A DNA stretch of 46,366 nucleotides from Candidatus Micrarchaeota archaeon. GTDB lineage: Archaea; Micrarchaeota; Micrarchaeia; Anstonellales; J096. How positions within the stretch are numbered: position 1 is the first letter of the stretch; the number at the start of each line of letters is the position of its first letter. Of the stretch, positions 17,115 to 24,775 are shown one piece after another. The position numbers and the translations under genes are program-made. The stretch spans positions 1-46,366 of the forward strand of contig JALVSQ010000011.1 in NCBI GenBank assembly GCA_027024255.1, written 5' to 3'. The notes below the pieces were generated by a model. The model did not search any database, was not told the origin of the DNA, and saw nothing but the letters and a program-made list of their open reading frames with translations.

Positions 17115-18243
17115 CTAGTCCCTTGCAATACTTGATAAAGCCCTGAAATAATTTTTATAAGAGGTTGCTACTGTGCTGTCCTCTATCAAAAACACTGTTT
17201 CTTCCTTTCTCCAAACGACATGGGCAACATACTTTCCAAAAATCCATATCACATGTGGGCTTTTCATAGCATCTGGTAAGTACTTTACATATATGTTCTT
17301 TCCTTTGTTAAACGCAAGATTTCTGGTTTCCTCTATTGCCAGATGGAACCTTTTTATACCTTTTTTTATCCTTTCATCCTCAAATTCTCTCCACATCTTT
17401 TTATATCTCTGAAATATTTCAGCGTTTGCTCCAATTAAATAAAGGTCCTTGCCCTCTTCAATTACCTTTTTACATAAATCTTCAATACCTTTTTTTCCTG
17501 TGAGAACATAACTCTTCCTGCTCCATTGAAGTTCAAAGCCCTGCTTCATCATCAATGCTATGTGTTTATTTTTCACAATAAGAGAAACTGGTTCCGTATG
17601 TGGGATTGTTATCACAAGCATATCATCTGCCAATGAATAAAATGATGTTGATTTAACAGGTAAAAATTTAACAGATGTAAGCCTGTATTTTTCCAAAAAC
17701 TTTAAATTCTTTCTGTCACTCTCATTACATATTATTCTTGCCTTTATTCCCAGGGACTCTCTAAACTCATTTATCCATGTTATTAAATCATTTATACCTT
17801 CAAAGTTTCCCAAACCATATGTTAAAACTTCACCTTTGGCATTTTGAATAAGCGACCTGTATACTGACCTCAAACCCTTTTTTTCCTATATGAACGCTGG
17901 CATTAAGTTTCTCCTCCTTCTGGACCTTTTCAAATTGAGGTAAGTATTTCTCAATCAACTTCTCCTTAACATCAAGTTCTTTTTTCATGTTTCTTATATA
18001 ATCCAGAAGAAATGCTGGTGGAAGGGCTGTAAATACTTTAACACCTTCAACTTCAAGCTCTCCAACAACTCCTTTTGATTTAAGCCTCTGAAGAACATCA
18101 TACACTTTCGAAGAGGATACGCCTGTTTTTTCTGCTATTTTCAAAGCCCTTGCCCTCCCGAACCTCAACAAAAAGAGATAAACCTTTGCCTCATTTCTTG
18201 TGAAACCAAGCTCCTCAATTGCATCGAGTAAAGGTTCTTTCAT
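17115..18243 (-). pseudogene. TrmB-family transcriptional regulator interrupted by a frameshift in an A7 run
   Basis: The N-terminal wHTH ORF (17830..18243) and the TrmB C-terminal domain ORF (17115..17873) overlap in different frames. Removing one A from the A7 run (T7 on the plus strand, 17878-17884) gives a continuous VHIGKKGLRSVYRSLIQNAKGEV. Confidence 0.75.
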
Positions 18244-18280
18244 GCATAAAAAATGAAGGTGCGGATTTTTTAATCTATTT

Positions 18281-18946
18281 TTAAAGTTTTATGCCAATGC
18301 CAACCTCAACAGAGCCTATTCCTGTAGCAAGGTTTTTGGCTGCTTCAATAACTCCCTTAATGCCTTTTTTTATTTTAAAAACAATCTTACTTAATAAGAT
18401 AGGCTTTTTGGCTGTTTTAAATCCTTTTGGAGTTAGAGCTGTAAGAGATACAGAACCCTTACTCCCGCTTAAAGAAAATCCAACTCCTGTTGGGTAAACT
18501 CTATGTCGTTTTATGGATTCTCCAGTTGTAGCGACAACTTTAACTGTAAATTTTCCAAGGGAAGTATTAAACCCTTTAACTATTCCAAGACCAACACTGC
18601 CTGCATTACCCACATCAGTATTTCTCATTCCTATTCCAACCGCCTTAACTCCTCTAATGGTGGTCAATTTACGGGTGATTAATGCCTTTGATAATCCCTC
18701 TTTGGTTACCTCAAAACTTCCTTTCCATCCCCCTTTACTTAGAGTAAGTGATACATACGGAGATACTTCACGTTTCTTTAAACTGTACTTCATTCCCATG
18801 CCTATAGAAGAGCCAAAAAGAGTTGACATTATGAGGACGCTTGCACCAGCCTTCTTAATCCCTTTTTTTAATCTGTCAATTAAAGGCCTTTCTTCAATCT
18901 TTCTCCTATCAACCTCATTTATTAAATTTTTAAACTTTCTTGACAT
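18281..18946 (-). CDS. hypothetical basic Gly-rich protein with one N-terminal TM segment
   Basis: 221 aa with a TM segment (ASVLIMSTLFGSSIGMGM) followed by G/K/V/S/T-rich, beta-strand-like repeats. No family recognised. Confidence 0.5.
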   Translation of the reverse strand: MSRKFKNLINEVDRRKIEERPLIDRLKKGIKKAGASVLIMSTLFGSSIGMGMKYSLKKREVSPYVSLTLSKGGWKGSFEVTKEGLSKALITRKLTTIRGVKAVGIGMRNTDVGNAGSVGLGIVKGFNTSLGKFTVKVVATTGESIKRHRVYPTGVGFSLSGSKGSVSLTALTPKGFKTAKKPILLSKIVFKIKKGIKGVIEAAKNLATGIGSVEVGIGIKL

Positions 18947-18992
18947 ACTACCACCAATTATAACAACTCATTCATTGTATTTAAATGTTTTC

Positions 18993-19007
18993 TCCCCCTA
19001 AGGGGGA
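18993..19007. repeat. GC-rich palindrome in a divergent intergenic region
   Basis: TCCCCC-TAA-GGGGGA lies between the divergent starts at 18946 (-) and 19055 (+), inside otherwise AT-rich DNA. Confidence 0.5.
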
Positions 19008-19054
19008 TATACAAAACCGAAAGAATTATATCATGAACAACCTAAAAATTGTTT

Positions 19055-19693
19055 ATGAGATTTTACTTTGATATAGATGATACATTGTTTCCATCAACTG
19101 AATTCTCAAAGCTTGCCAGAAAGAACGCTGTAAGGGCCATGATTTCAATGGGATTAAACTACTCTGAAAGGTTCTTAATGGAAAAACTGGAAGAGATAAT
19201 AAGAGATAAAGGCAGTAATTATTCAAGGCATTTCGATGAGTTATGCAAAACACTTAAAATAAAAAAACCAAGTAAATTCATTGCTGCAGCAGTTGCAGCT
19301 TATCACGATACAAAAGCTTCTATTTTTCCTTACCCTGAAGTGCCTTATGTGCTCAAAACATTGAATGAAAGGGGTTATGAATTATTTGTCGTGAGTGAAG
19401 GGCTTGAAAAAAAGCAGTGGGACAAGCTGATAAGACTGGGCTTAACCTATTTCTTCAAAAAAGTGTATGTAACAAGAAATAAAACAGTTAAGTTTTATTC
19501 TAAATTGAAAAAAGGTATTGTCGTCGGAGATAATCCGTTAAAAGATGTAGAGTTTGCTAAGAAAGCAGGCCATATTGCAGTAAGAGTAAAGAGAGGTAAA
19601 AGAGCAAAAATGAAATCAAACGCTGATTACACAATAACAGATTTAAGGCAGCTGCTTAAAATAGACTTTAAAAAGATAAAGCCCTTAATGTAA
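19055..19693 (+). CDS. HAD-superfamily hydrolase
   Basis: Motif I FDIDDTLF, motif II VVSEG, motif IV VGDNPLKD. The ORF track starts at TTG 19049. Confidence 0.8.
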   Translation: MRFYFDIDDTLFPSTEFSKLARKNAVRAMISMGLNYSERFLMEKLEEIIRDKGSNYSRHFDELCKTLKIKKPSKFIAAAVAAYHDTKASIFPYPEVPYVLKTLNERGYELFVVSEGLEKKQWDKLIRLGLTYFFKKVYVTRNKTVKFYSKLKKGIVVGDNPLKDVEFAKKAGHIAVRVKRGKRAKMKSNADYTITDLRQLLKIDFKKIKPLM

Positions 19694-19696
19694 AAT

Positions 19697-20851
19697 ATGT
19701 TCACAAGAAAGTATGCTCCTAAAAAACTGGATGAATTGATAGGCAATGAAGATGTAAAGAGAAAGGTGAGAACATGGGCTCTGAACTGGAAAAGAGGAAT
19801 TAAAGGAAAACCTCTGCTTCTTTACGGCCCTCCGGGGATTGGTAAAACAAGTCTGGCCTATGCTTTAGCAAACGAATTCGGATTTCTGCTGATTGAGTTA
19901 TCCGCAAGTGATTTTAGAGATAAACAAAAGATAGATAAAGCGCTAAAATCCTCGAGTATGTCTCTGTTTGGAAAGCCAAAGCTCATACTGCTTGATGACA
20001 TTGATGCAATGACATCAAAAGACAGGGGTGGTATCTCTGAACTGTCAAAGCTCCTTAAAGAACCAAAACTACCCATAATTTTAACAGCAAATGATGCATG
20101 GAACCAGAAGTTAGCACCTATAAGAAATGAATGTCAAATAATGCAGATGAAAAGGCCTTCTCCCCATCAAATATTTGAACTACTTAAAAAGATAAAGGAA
20201 AGGGAGCACATAGCCATAGAAGATTCAAAGTTGATGGAGATTGCTAAAAATTCAAAAGGCGATGTAAGAAGTGCTTTAAATGACTTAGAAAGCCTAACCA
20301 TAGGAAGAAGAGATAGGAAGGAAGAGATATTCCAGGTCTTAAAAATCATCTTTAAAACAGAGAAGTTAAGTGCTGCGAGGTACGCTGCAATGCTCTCAGA
20401 CCTTGACCCTGATATGTTAAAAGCATGGATAAGAGAAAATATACCTGTTGAATATGCAAAACCTCATGAGATTGCTCTTGCCTATGATTACATATCAAGA
20501 GCAGATGTATTTGATGGAAGAATAAGCTCAAGGCAGTACTGGGGATTCATGAGATATTCAATGCTTTTAGCAACAGCTGGCGTTGCATTGGCAAAAGATG
20601 ATGTTTATAGAAAATTCACCAAGTATCAATTCCCCTCTTACATAAGGCAATTATCTCAAACAAAGACTGCAAGGGCATTGATGCAATCCATAGGTAAAAA
20701 GATAGGAAAGAAAATCCACACATCATCTAAAAAGGTGGTTGAATTCTTTGGGTTGTATGTTAATTTGATAAAGGAGGATTTAGAAAGGGCAAAGGTATTT
20801 TACAGATTGAGTGATGAGGAATTAGGATTTATAAAGAGGTTCAATGCATGA
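19697..20851 (+). CDS. rfcL: replication factor C large subunit (short, 384 aa)
   Basis: The N-terminal KYAPKKLDELIGNE, Walker A GPPGIGKTS, ELSASD, LILLDDID, the SRC-like region and GDVRSALNDLE are collinear with archaeal RFC-L. There is no C-terminal PIP tail. Confidence 0.85.
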   Translation: MFTRKYAPKKLDELIGNEDVKRKVRTWALNWKRGIKGKPLLLYGPPGIGKTSLAYALANEFGFLLIELSASDFRDKQKIDKALKSSSMSLFGKPKLILLDDIDAMTSKDRGGISELSKLLKEPKLPIILTANDAWNQKLAPIRNECQIMQMKRPSPHQIFELLKKIKEREHIAIEDSKLMEIAKNSKGDVRSALNDLESLTIGRRDRKEEIFQVLKIIFKTEKLSAARYAAMLSDLDPDMLKAWIRENIPVEYAKPHEIALAYDYISRADVFDGRISSRQYWGFMRYSMLLATAGVALAKDDVYRKFTKYQFPSYIRQLSQTKTARALMQSIGKKIGKKIHTSSKKVVEFFGLYVNLIKEDLERAKVFYRLSDEELGFIKRFNA

Positions 20852-21534
20852 AGGGATTTACAAGCAGGTTAAAAGAAAGTGAATTCTTCTCAAGATATGA
20901 AATAAAGAGAGAAGGCAACCACATACTAATTAAAGATGCAAAAACACTTGAAATCAAAGTTCTTAACAAAGAAGAGGTGGGAATTGATATAAGCAATGCT
21001 TATTTAATAAAAACATTTGAAGACAGAGAAAGAGCGTACTTTTTTATTCTAAGCAAAGGTTCAAACAAAGCAATCCTTTTCAACATATTTTATCCAGAAG
21101 AGGGAGCAGGAGGATACAGCATAGACATAAGCGAATACTCTCTTCCATTTAAAGTGAAAGAGCCATATCTGATAGATGGGTATAAAACCAACCTTCTCAT
21201 TGTTGATAATTCAAAGTATTTTTTTATGGATAAAGAGGGCAACACATTCACAGGAAATTTAAGCATAAAAGGAGCTTTTAAAATATGTTTAATAAAAAAT
21301 GTAGGGATAATCTTAGATGAAGAAAAAATATATGTGTTTAAAGAGGGTAAAAGAGCTGAAATTCTTTTTTCTCAAATAGATGAAAAAAACTTCCACTCAG
21401 TAGATTTAAAAGACAATTTCCTTGTGCTAAAAAGCCCGAATTTAGAAGTTTTTGTATCTCTCAGGGAAGAGGATGAATTCGGTTTTTATAAAAAGAAGAA
21501 TGAATTCGGACAGTTTAAGTATGATTATTTGTAG
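20848..21534 (+). CDS. hypothetical protein, translationally coupled to rfcL
   Basis: ATGA start/stop overlap with rfcL. 228 aa, beta-rich, and ends in GQFKYDYL. No family recognised. Confidence 0.55.
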   Translation: MKGFTSRLKESEFFSRYEIKREGNHILIKDAKTLEIKVLNKEEVGIDISNAYLIKTFEDRERAYFFILSKGSNKAILFNIFYPEEGAGGYSIDISEYSLPFKVKEPYLIDGYKTNLLIVDNSKYFFMDKEGNTFTGNLSIKGAFKICLIKNVGIILDEEKIYVFKEGKRAEILFSQIDEKNFHSVDLKDNFLVLKSPNLEVFVSLREEDEFGFYKKKNEFGQFKYDYL

Positions 21535-21618
21535 ATTAAGATGACCAGGCATGGAGTATGTTTTATACTTCATGAAGCATAAAGCTTTAAAACATTGTCT
21601 TCCATAAAAATTAACATA

Positions 21619-22491
21619 ATGAGGAAATTGAAGAGAAGAATGGAGAACAGTCTACAGGAGGCTAAAAGGGTAGAAGCTGAGTTATTGAAAAGGCTAATGA
21701 AAAATAAAATTCCTAGTGAAGAAGTGATAAATGCTCTTGTCCCTTCTCAGAAGGAAATATGGGAAAATGAAGTTGTTAATAGATTGATTAAAGAGTTCAG
21801 AGATGGAATCCCTACCAAAGATGCTATTAAAGAGATAGAAGAGAAGTATGGAAAAAGAGTAGCAAGTCAAATCATAATTAAACGGTTGATTACTAACTCT
21901 AATCGGGAGAGAAGAATAAAAGCCTGCGAGCTCCTCGGTGAATTGGGAATAGCTGATGATAGAGTAATAAATGCTCTTTTAGAGACACTAAAAGATGAAG
22001 CCACTAATGTTAGAAAAGCTGCTGTGGTGGCTTTAGGTAAAATAGCCAGGAAGAACAGGATAGAAAAAGAGCTTCTCAGGCAAATTTTTCCAAGGATTAA
22101 TAGTAAAAGCTGGAGAGAAAGAGCAGGAATATGCCTAACCTTAGGCGAATTGGGAATAGTAAATGATGAAGTAATAAATGCTCTTTTAAAGAGGTCAAAA
22201 GATAAAGAGTGGGAAGTGAGAGAAGGATCCGCCCTGGCTTTAGGAAAGTTAGGAATAGCGAATAAAAAGGTCATTAAGGTTCTCATTAAACTTTCAAGAG
22301 ATGATAAACCTGATGTTAAAGAAGCTGCTATATGGGCTTTAGGAGAGCTGGGGGTGCCAAGTAGAAAGGTGATTAAGGTTCTTGAAAAGGCACTGAAGCA
22401 TCCAGAAATAGTCGTTAAAGTAATTGCCAGAGCATCCCTTCTTAAATTAGAAAGGAGCAAACATGTAAAAATTAGCAATCCTCTTTCATAA
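21619..22491 (+). CDS. HEAT-repeat (PBS-lyase-like) protein
   Basis: Repeated LGELGI.DD.VINALL..LKD....VR..A..ALGK modules. The ORF track starts at TTG 21595; the first ATG is at 21619. Confidence 0.75.
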   Translation: MRKLKRRMENSLQEAKRVEAELLKRLMKNKIPSEEVINALVPSQKEIWENEVVNRLIKEFRDGIPTKDAIKEIEEKYGKRVASQIIIKRLITNSNRERRIKACELLGELGIADDRVINALLETLKDEATNVRKAAVVALGKIARKNRIEKELLRQIFPRINSKSWRERAGICLTLGELGIVNDEVINALLKRSKDKEWEVREGSALALGKLGIANKKVIKVLIKLSRDDKPDVKEAAIWALGELGVPSRKVIKVLEKALKHPEIVVKVIARASLLKLERSKHVKISNPLS

Positions 22492-22553
22492 AAAGCCCTT
22501 ATTGCCTTGTGCAACATAAACACTTAAAAAAACTTTAGCTCTATATTAAAGTG

Positions 22554-22817
22554 ATGGTCTCAAAGGAGGTTGAGAACGTTTATAAAGCCCTGCAAAAAGG
22601 CAGAATAGATTATTCAGAATTAGTTGTAAAGCTAACGAAAGGTCTTACAACAAAAAATACTGAGTTAATAGAAAGTATGGCCGCTGCCATATATACAAGG
22701 GCTGATGAAGAAACAAAGCTTGAGGCATCCAGAAGGCTGTTCAAGATGGGATATAAGGAACTTATTCCTATTGATTACTTAAAGAAAATAAAGGAAAATC
22801 CCTCGCTTTTAGAGTGA
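22554..22817 (+). CDS. hypothetical small protein
   Basis: 87-88 aa ORF in an otherwise empty interval. No family recognised. Confidence 0.4.
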   Translation: MVSKEVENVYKALQKGRIDYSELVVKLTKGLTTKNTELIESMAAAIYTRADEETKLEASRRLFKMGYKELIPIDYLKKIKENPSLLE

Positions 22818-22820
22818 GTT

Positions 22821-22828
22821 TTTAAATA
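22821..22828 (+). promoter_or_regulatory. TATA-box-like element upstream of the tRNA-Val/tRNA-Met pair
   Basis: TTTAAATA at -31..-24 relative to tRNA-Val +1 (22852). Confidence 0.45.
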
Positions 22829-22851
22829 TTTTCTTACTCAATTTTCAAGAA

Positions 22852-22925
22852 GGGCCCGTAGTCGAGTTGGCTAAGACGCCACCCTGACACGGTGGAGATC
22901 CCAGGTTCGAATCCTGGCGGGCCCA
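22852..22925 (+). tRNA. tRNA-Val (GAC)
   Basis: GGGCCCG acceptor, anticodon arm CCACC-CTGACAC-GGTGG, T arm CCAGG-TTCGAAT-CCTGG, then CGGGCCC-A. 74 nt. Confidence 0.9.
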
Positions 22926-22927
22926 TA

Positions 22928-23050
22928 GCCGAGGTAGCTCAGGTGGCTAGAGCGCCAGACTCATAAGCAGCGCTTATGAGTGCTGATTGAATGATGTAAA
23001 AGGCGCTCTGGGGGATCTGGAGGTCGGGGGTTCGAGTCCCCCCCTCGGCA
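22928..23050 (+). tRNA. elongator-type tRNA-Met (CAU) with a 49-nt intron at 37/38
   Basis: GCCGAGG-TA-GCTC-AGGTGGCTA-GAGC-G-CCAGA-CTCATA[intron 22966-23014]A-TCTGG-AGGTC-GGGGG-TTCGAGT-CCCCC-CCTCGGC-A. It starts 2 nt after tRNA-Val. Confidence 0.85.
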
Positions 23051-23066
23051 ATCACAATGTGATAAA

Positions 23067-23939
23067 ATGAAGGTTTACATAACAGGGGCTAATTCAAGAC
23101 TTGGATATTATGTAATGAAATATGTTAAAGGAAAGGGATTGGGAAGGCGAAAGAGTAGTTATGTGGATATAGTGACCAGCTACGAAGAGGAAGAGTTAAA
23201 AAAACTACTTAAAGATGCTGATGTTGTCATTCATCTTGCAGGGAAAGTATTTGGTTCATATAAAGAGCTCTTAAGGTCTAATGTTTTATTAACTGAAAAA
23301 ATTGTTAATGCCATTCCAAAAAAGACAAAGCTCATATTTGCCTCTTCAATATCTGTTTATGGAAAGAGCATAAAAGAAGGTGATGAAAACTCTCCTTTGA
23401 ATCCTGATACAGATTATGCTAAAACAAAGGCAATGGCTGAGGAAATTGTAAAAGAGCATAAAAACTACGTTATACTGAGAATAGGTACTTTATATGGAGA
23501 AAAGTATGAACTTTACTTTAAAGTATTTGATTTATTAAGAAAGGGAAGAATGCCCCTTATAGGAAATAACAGAGTACCTTTTACATACGCTGGGGATGTT
23601 GGAAAAGCATTCAAGAATAGCATCAGCAAAAAAGGGGTATATGTGGTTTCTTCACAGGGCTACCCTGTTGATTATGTTATAAAGATCTCAGCCAAACTTT
23701 TAGAAGTTAAGGAGCCCAGGTTTAGAATACCTAAAACATGCTTAAGATTTGCTTCCTTCTTAAATAAGTTCCTAAAGCTCTCTGATTTCTTGAATGAAGA
23801 GGTTGTTCTATCCCTAACTTCTGATAGAACATTTAACCCAAAGAAAGCTATGAAAGAGCTTAAGTTCAGAATAACGCCTATCAAAGATGGAGTGAAAAGG
23901 ATGGTTGAGATTTATAAAAAATTAAAGCCTCATGCATAA
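23067..23939 (+). CDS. NAD-dependent epimerase/dehydratase family protein (extended SDR)
   Basis: N-terminal ITGANSRLG Rossmann motif and catalytic YAKTK. Confidence 0.75.
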   Translation: MKVYITGANSRLGYYVMKYVKGKGLGRRKSSYVDIVTSYEEEELKKLLKDADVVIHLAGKVFGSYKELLRSNVLLTEKIVNAIPKKTKLIFASSISVYGKSIKEGDENSPLNPDTDYAKTKAMAEEIVKEHKNYVILRIGTLYGEKYELYFKVFDLLRKGRMPLIGNNRVPFTYAGDVGKAFKNSISKKGVYVVSSQGYPVDYVIKISAKLLEVKEPRFRIPKTCLRFASFLNKFLKLSDFLNEEVVLSLTSDRTFNPKKAMKELKFRITPIKDGVKRMVEIYKKLKPHA

Positions 23940-23980
23940 GAAACCGTTCATTATAAATAATTTTTGATGCTTATTGCTTT

Positions 23981-24775
23981 ATGGCAAAAAAGAACCTAAG
24001 AGAAAAGTTCATGAAAAAAGCAAGGAAGAAGGTTAAAGAGATTATATCAAGGGAAGACATGTTCCTCATGCAGGTTGAAAGGGCGGTTGAGGATTTAACT
24101 AAAATACTCAACACATTAGGAGAGAGGCTTGAGGACTGGTACAGCATCTACTTCCCTGAGTTAAAGTTGAAGGACAGATTAAAGTTAGCTAATGTTATTG
24201 TTGCAATAGAAGATAGGGAAAACATAGACAAAGAAAGACTCAGTAAGATAGTTGGCATAAATAAAGCAAATGAAATAGCTGAGAAAGCAGAGAAAACAGC
24301 AGGGGCTTCAATAAAAAAGCAGGACTTGAAGTACATAAAGAAGTTAGCAGAGGAGTACATAAGCCTTTACAAATTAAAGGAATTTTATGAGGAAGAAATA
24401 GAGGGACTGGCAAACAGAGTAGCCCCTAACGCCACTTATTTAATAGGGGGAAAGCTTGTTGCTAAATTCATAAATCATGCAAAGGGTCTTGATAAACTTG
24501 CAAAGATGCCTGCCTCAACAATTCAGGTTCTTGGAGCTGAAAAAGCTCTGTTCAAGCATTTAAGGAATAAGAAGATAAAGCCTCCAAAGCATGGAATCAT
24601 ACTGCTAAGCAAATATGTTTCATCACTGCCCAAAAAGCTTAGAGGTAAAATGGCAAGAACACTTGCTTCAAAATTAGCAATAGCATTCAGGGCTGATGCC
24701 ACTGATAAAAAGTTTGTAGCAAAGGAACTAAAAGAAGTTGTTGAGAAGAGATACAAGGAACTTCAATCCTCATAG
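23981..24775 (+). CDS. nop5: Nop5/Nop56/Prp31-family protein lacking the N-terminal domain
   Basis: The coiled-coil start (LEDWYSIYFPEL) and the Nop domain (IQVLGAEKALFKHL...PPKHGIIL) are present. Only about 25 residues precede the coiled-coil region. Confidence 0.8.
   Translation: MAKKNLREKFMKKARKKVKEIISREDMFLMQVERAVEDLTKILNTLGERLEDWYSIYFPELKLKDRLKLANVIVAIEDRENIDKERLSKIVGINKANEIAEKAEKTAGASIKKQDLKYIKKLAEEYISLYKLKEFYEEEIEGLANRVAPNATYLIGGKLVAKFINHAKGLDKLAKMPASTIQVLGAEKALFKHLRNKKIKPPKHGIILLSKYVSSLPKKLRGKMARTLASKLAIAFRADATDKKFVAKELKEVVEKRYKELQSS

Noticed and set aside
21867-22523. 218-aa minus-strand ORF covering the HEAT-repeat gene
   Set aside because: It is antisense to a gene with clear repeated HEAT modules. 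Its product is a repetitive S/L/F-rich sequence, and the open frame is a by-product of the periodic repeat.
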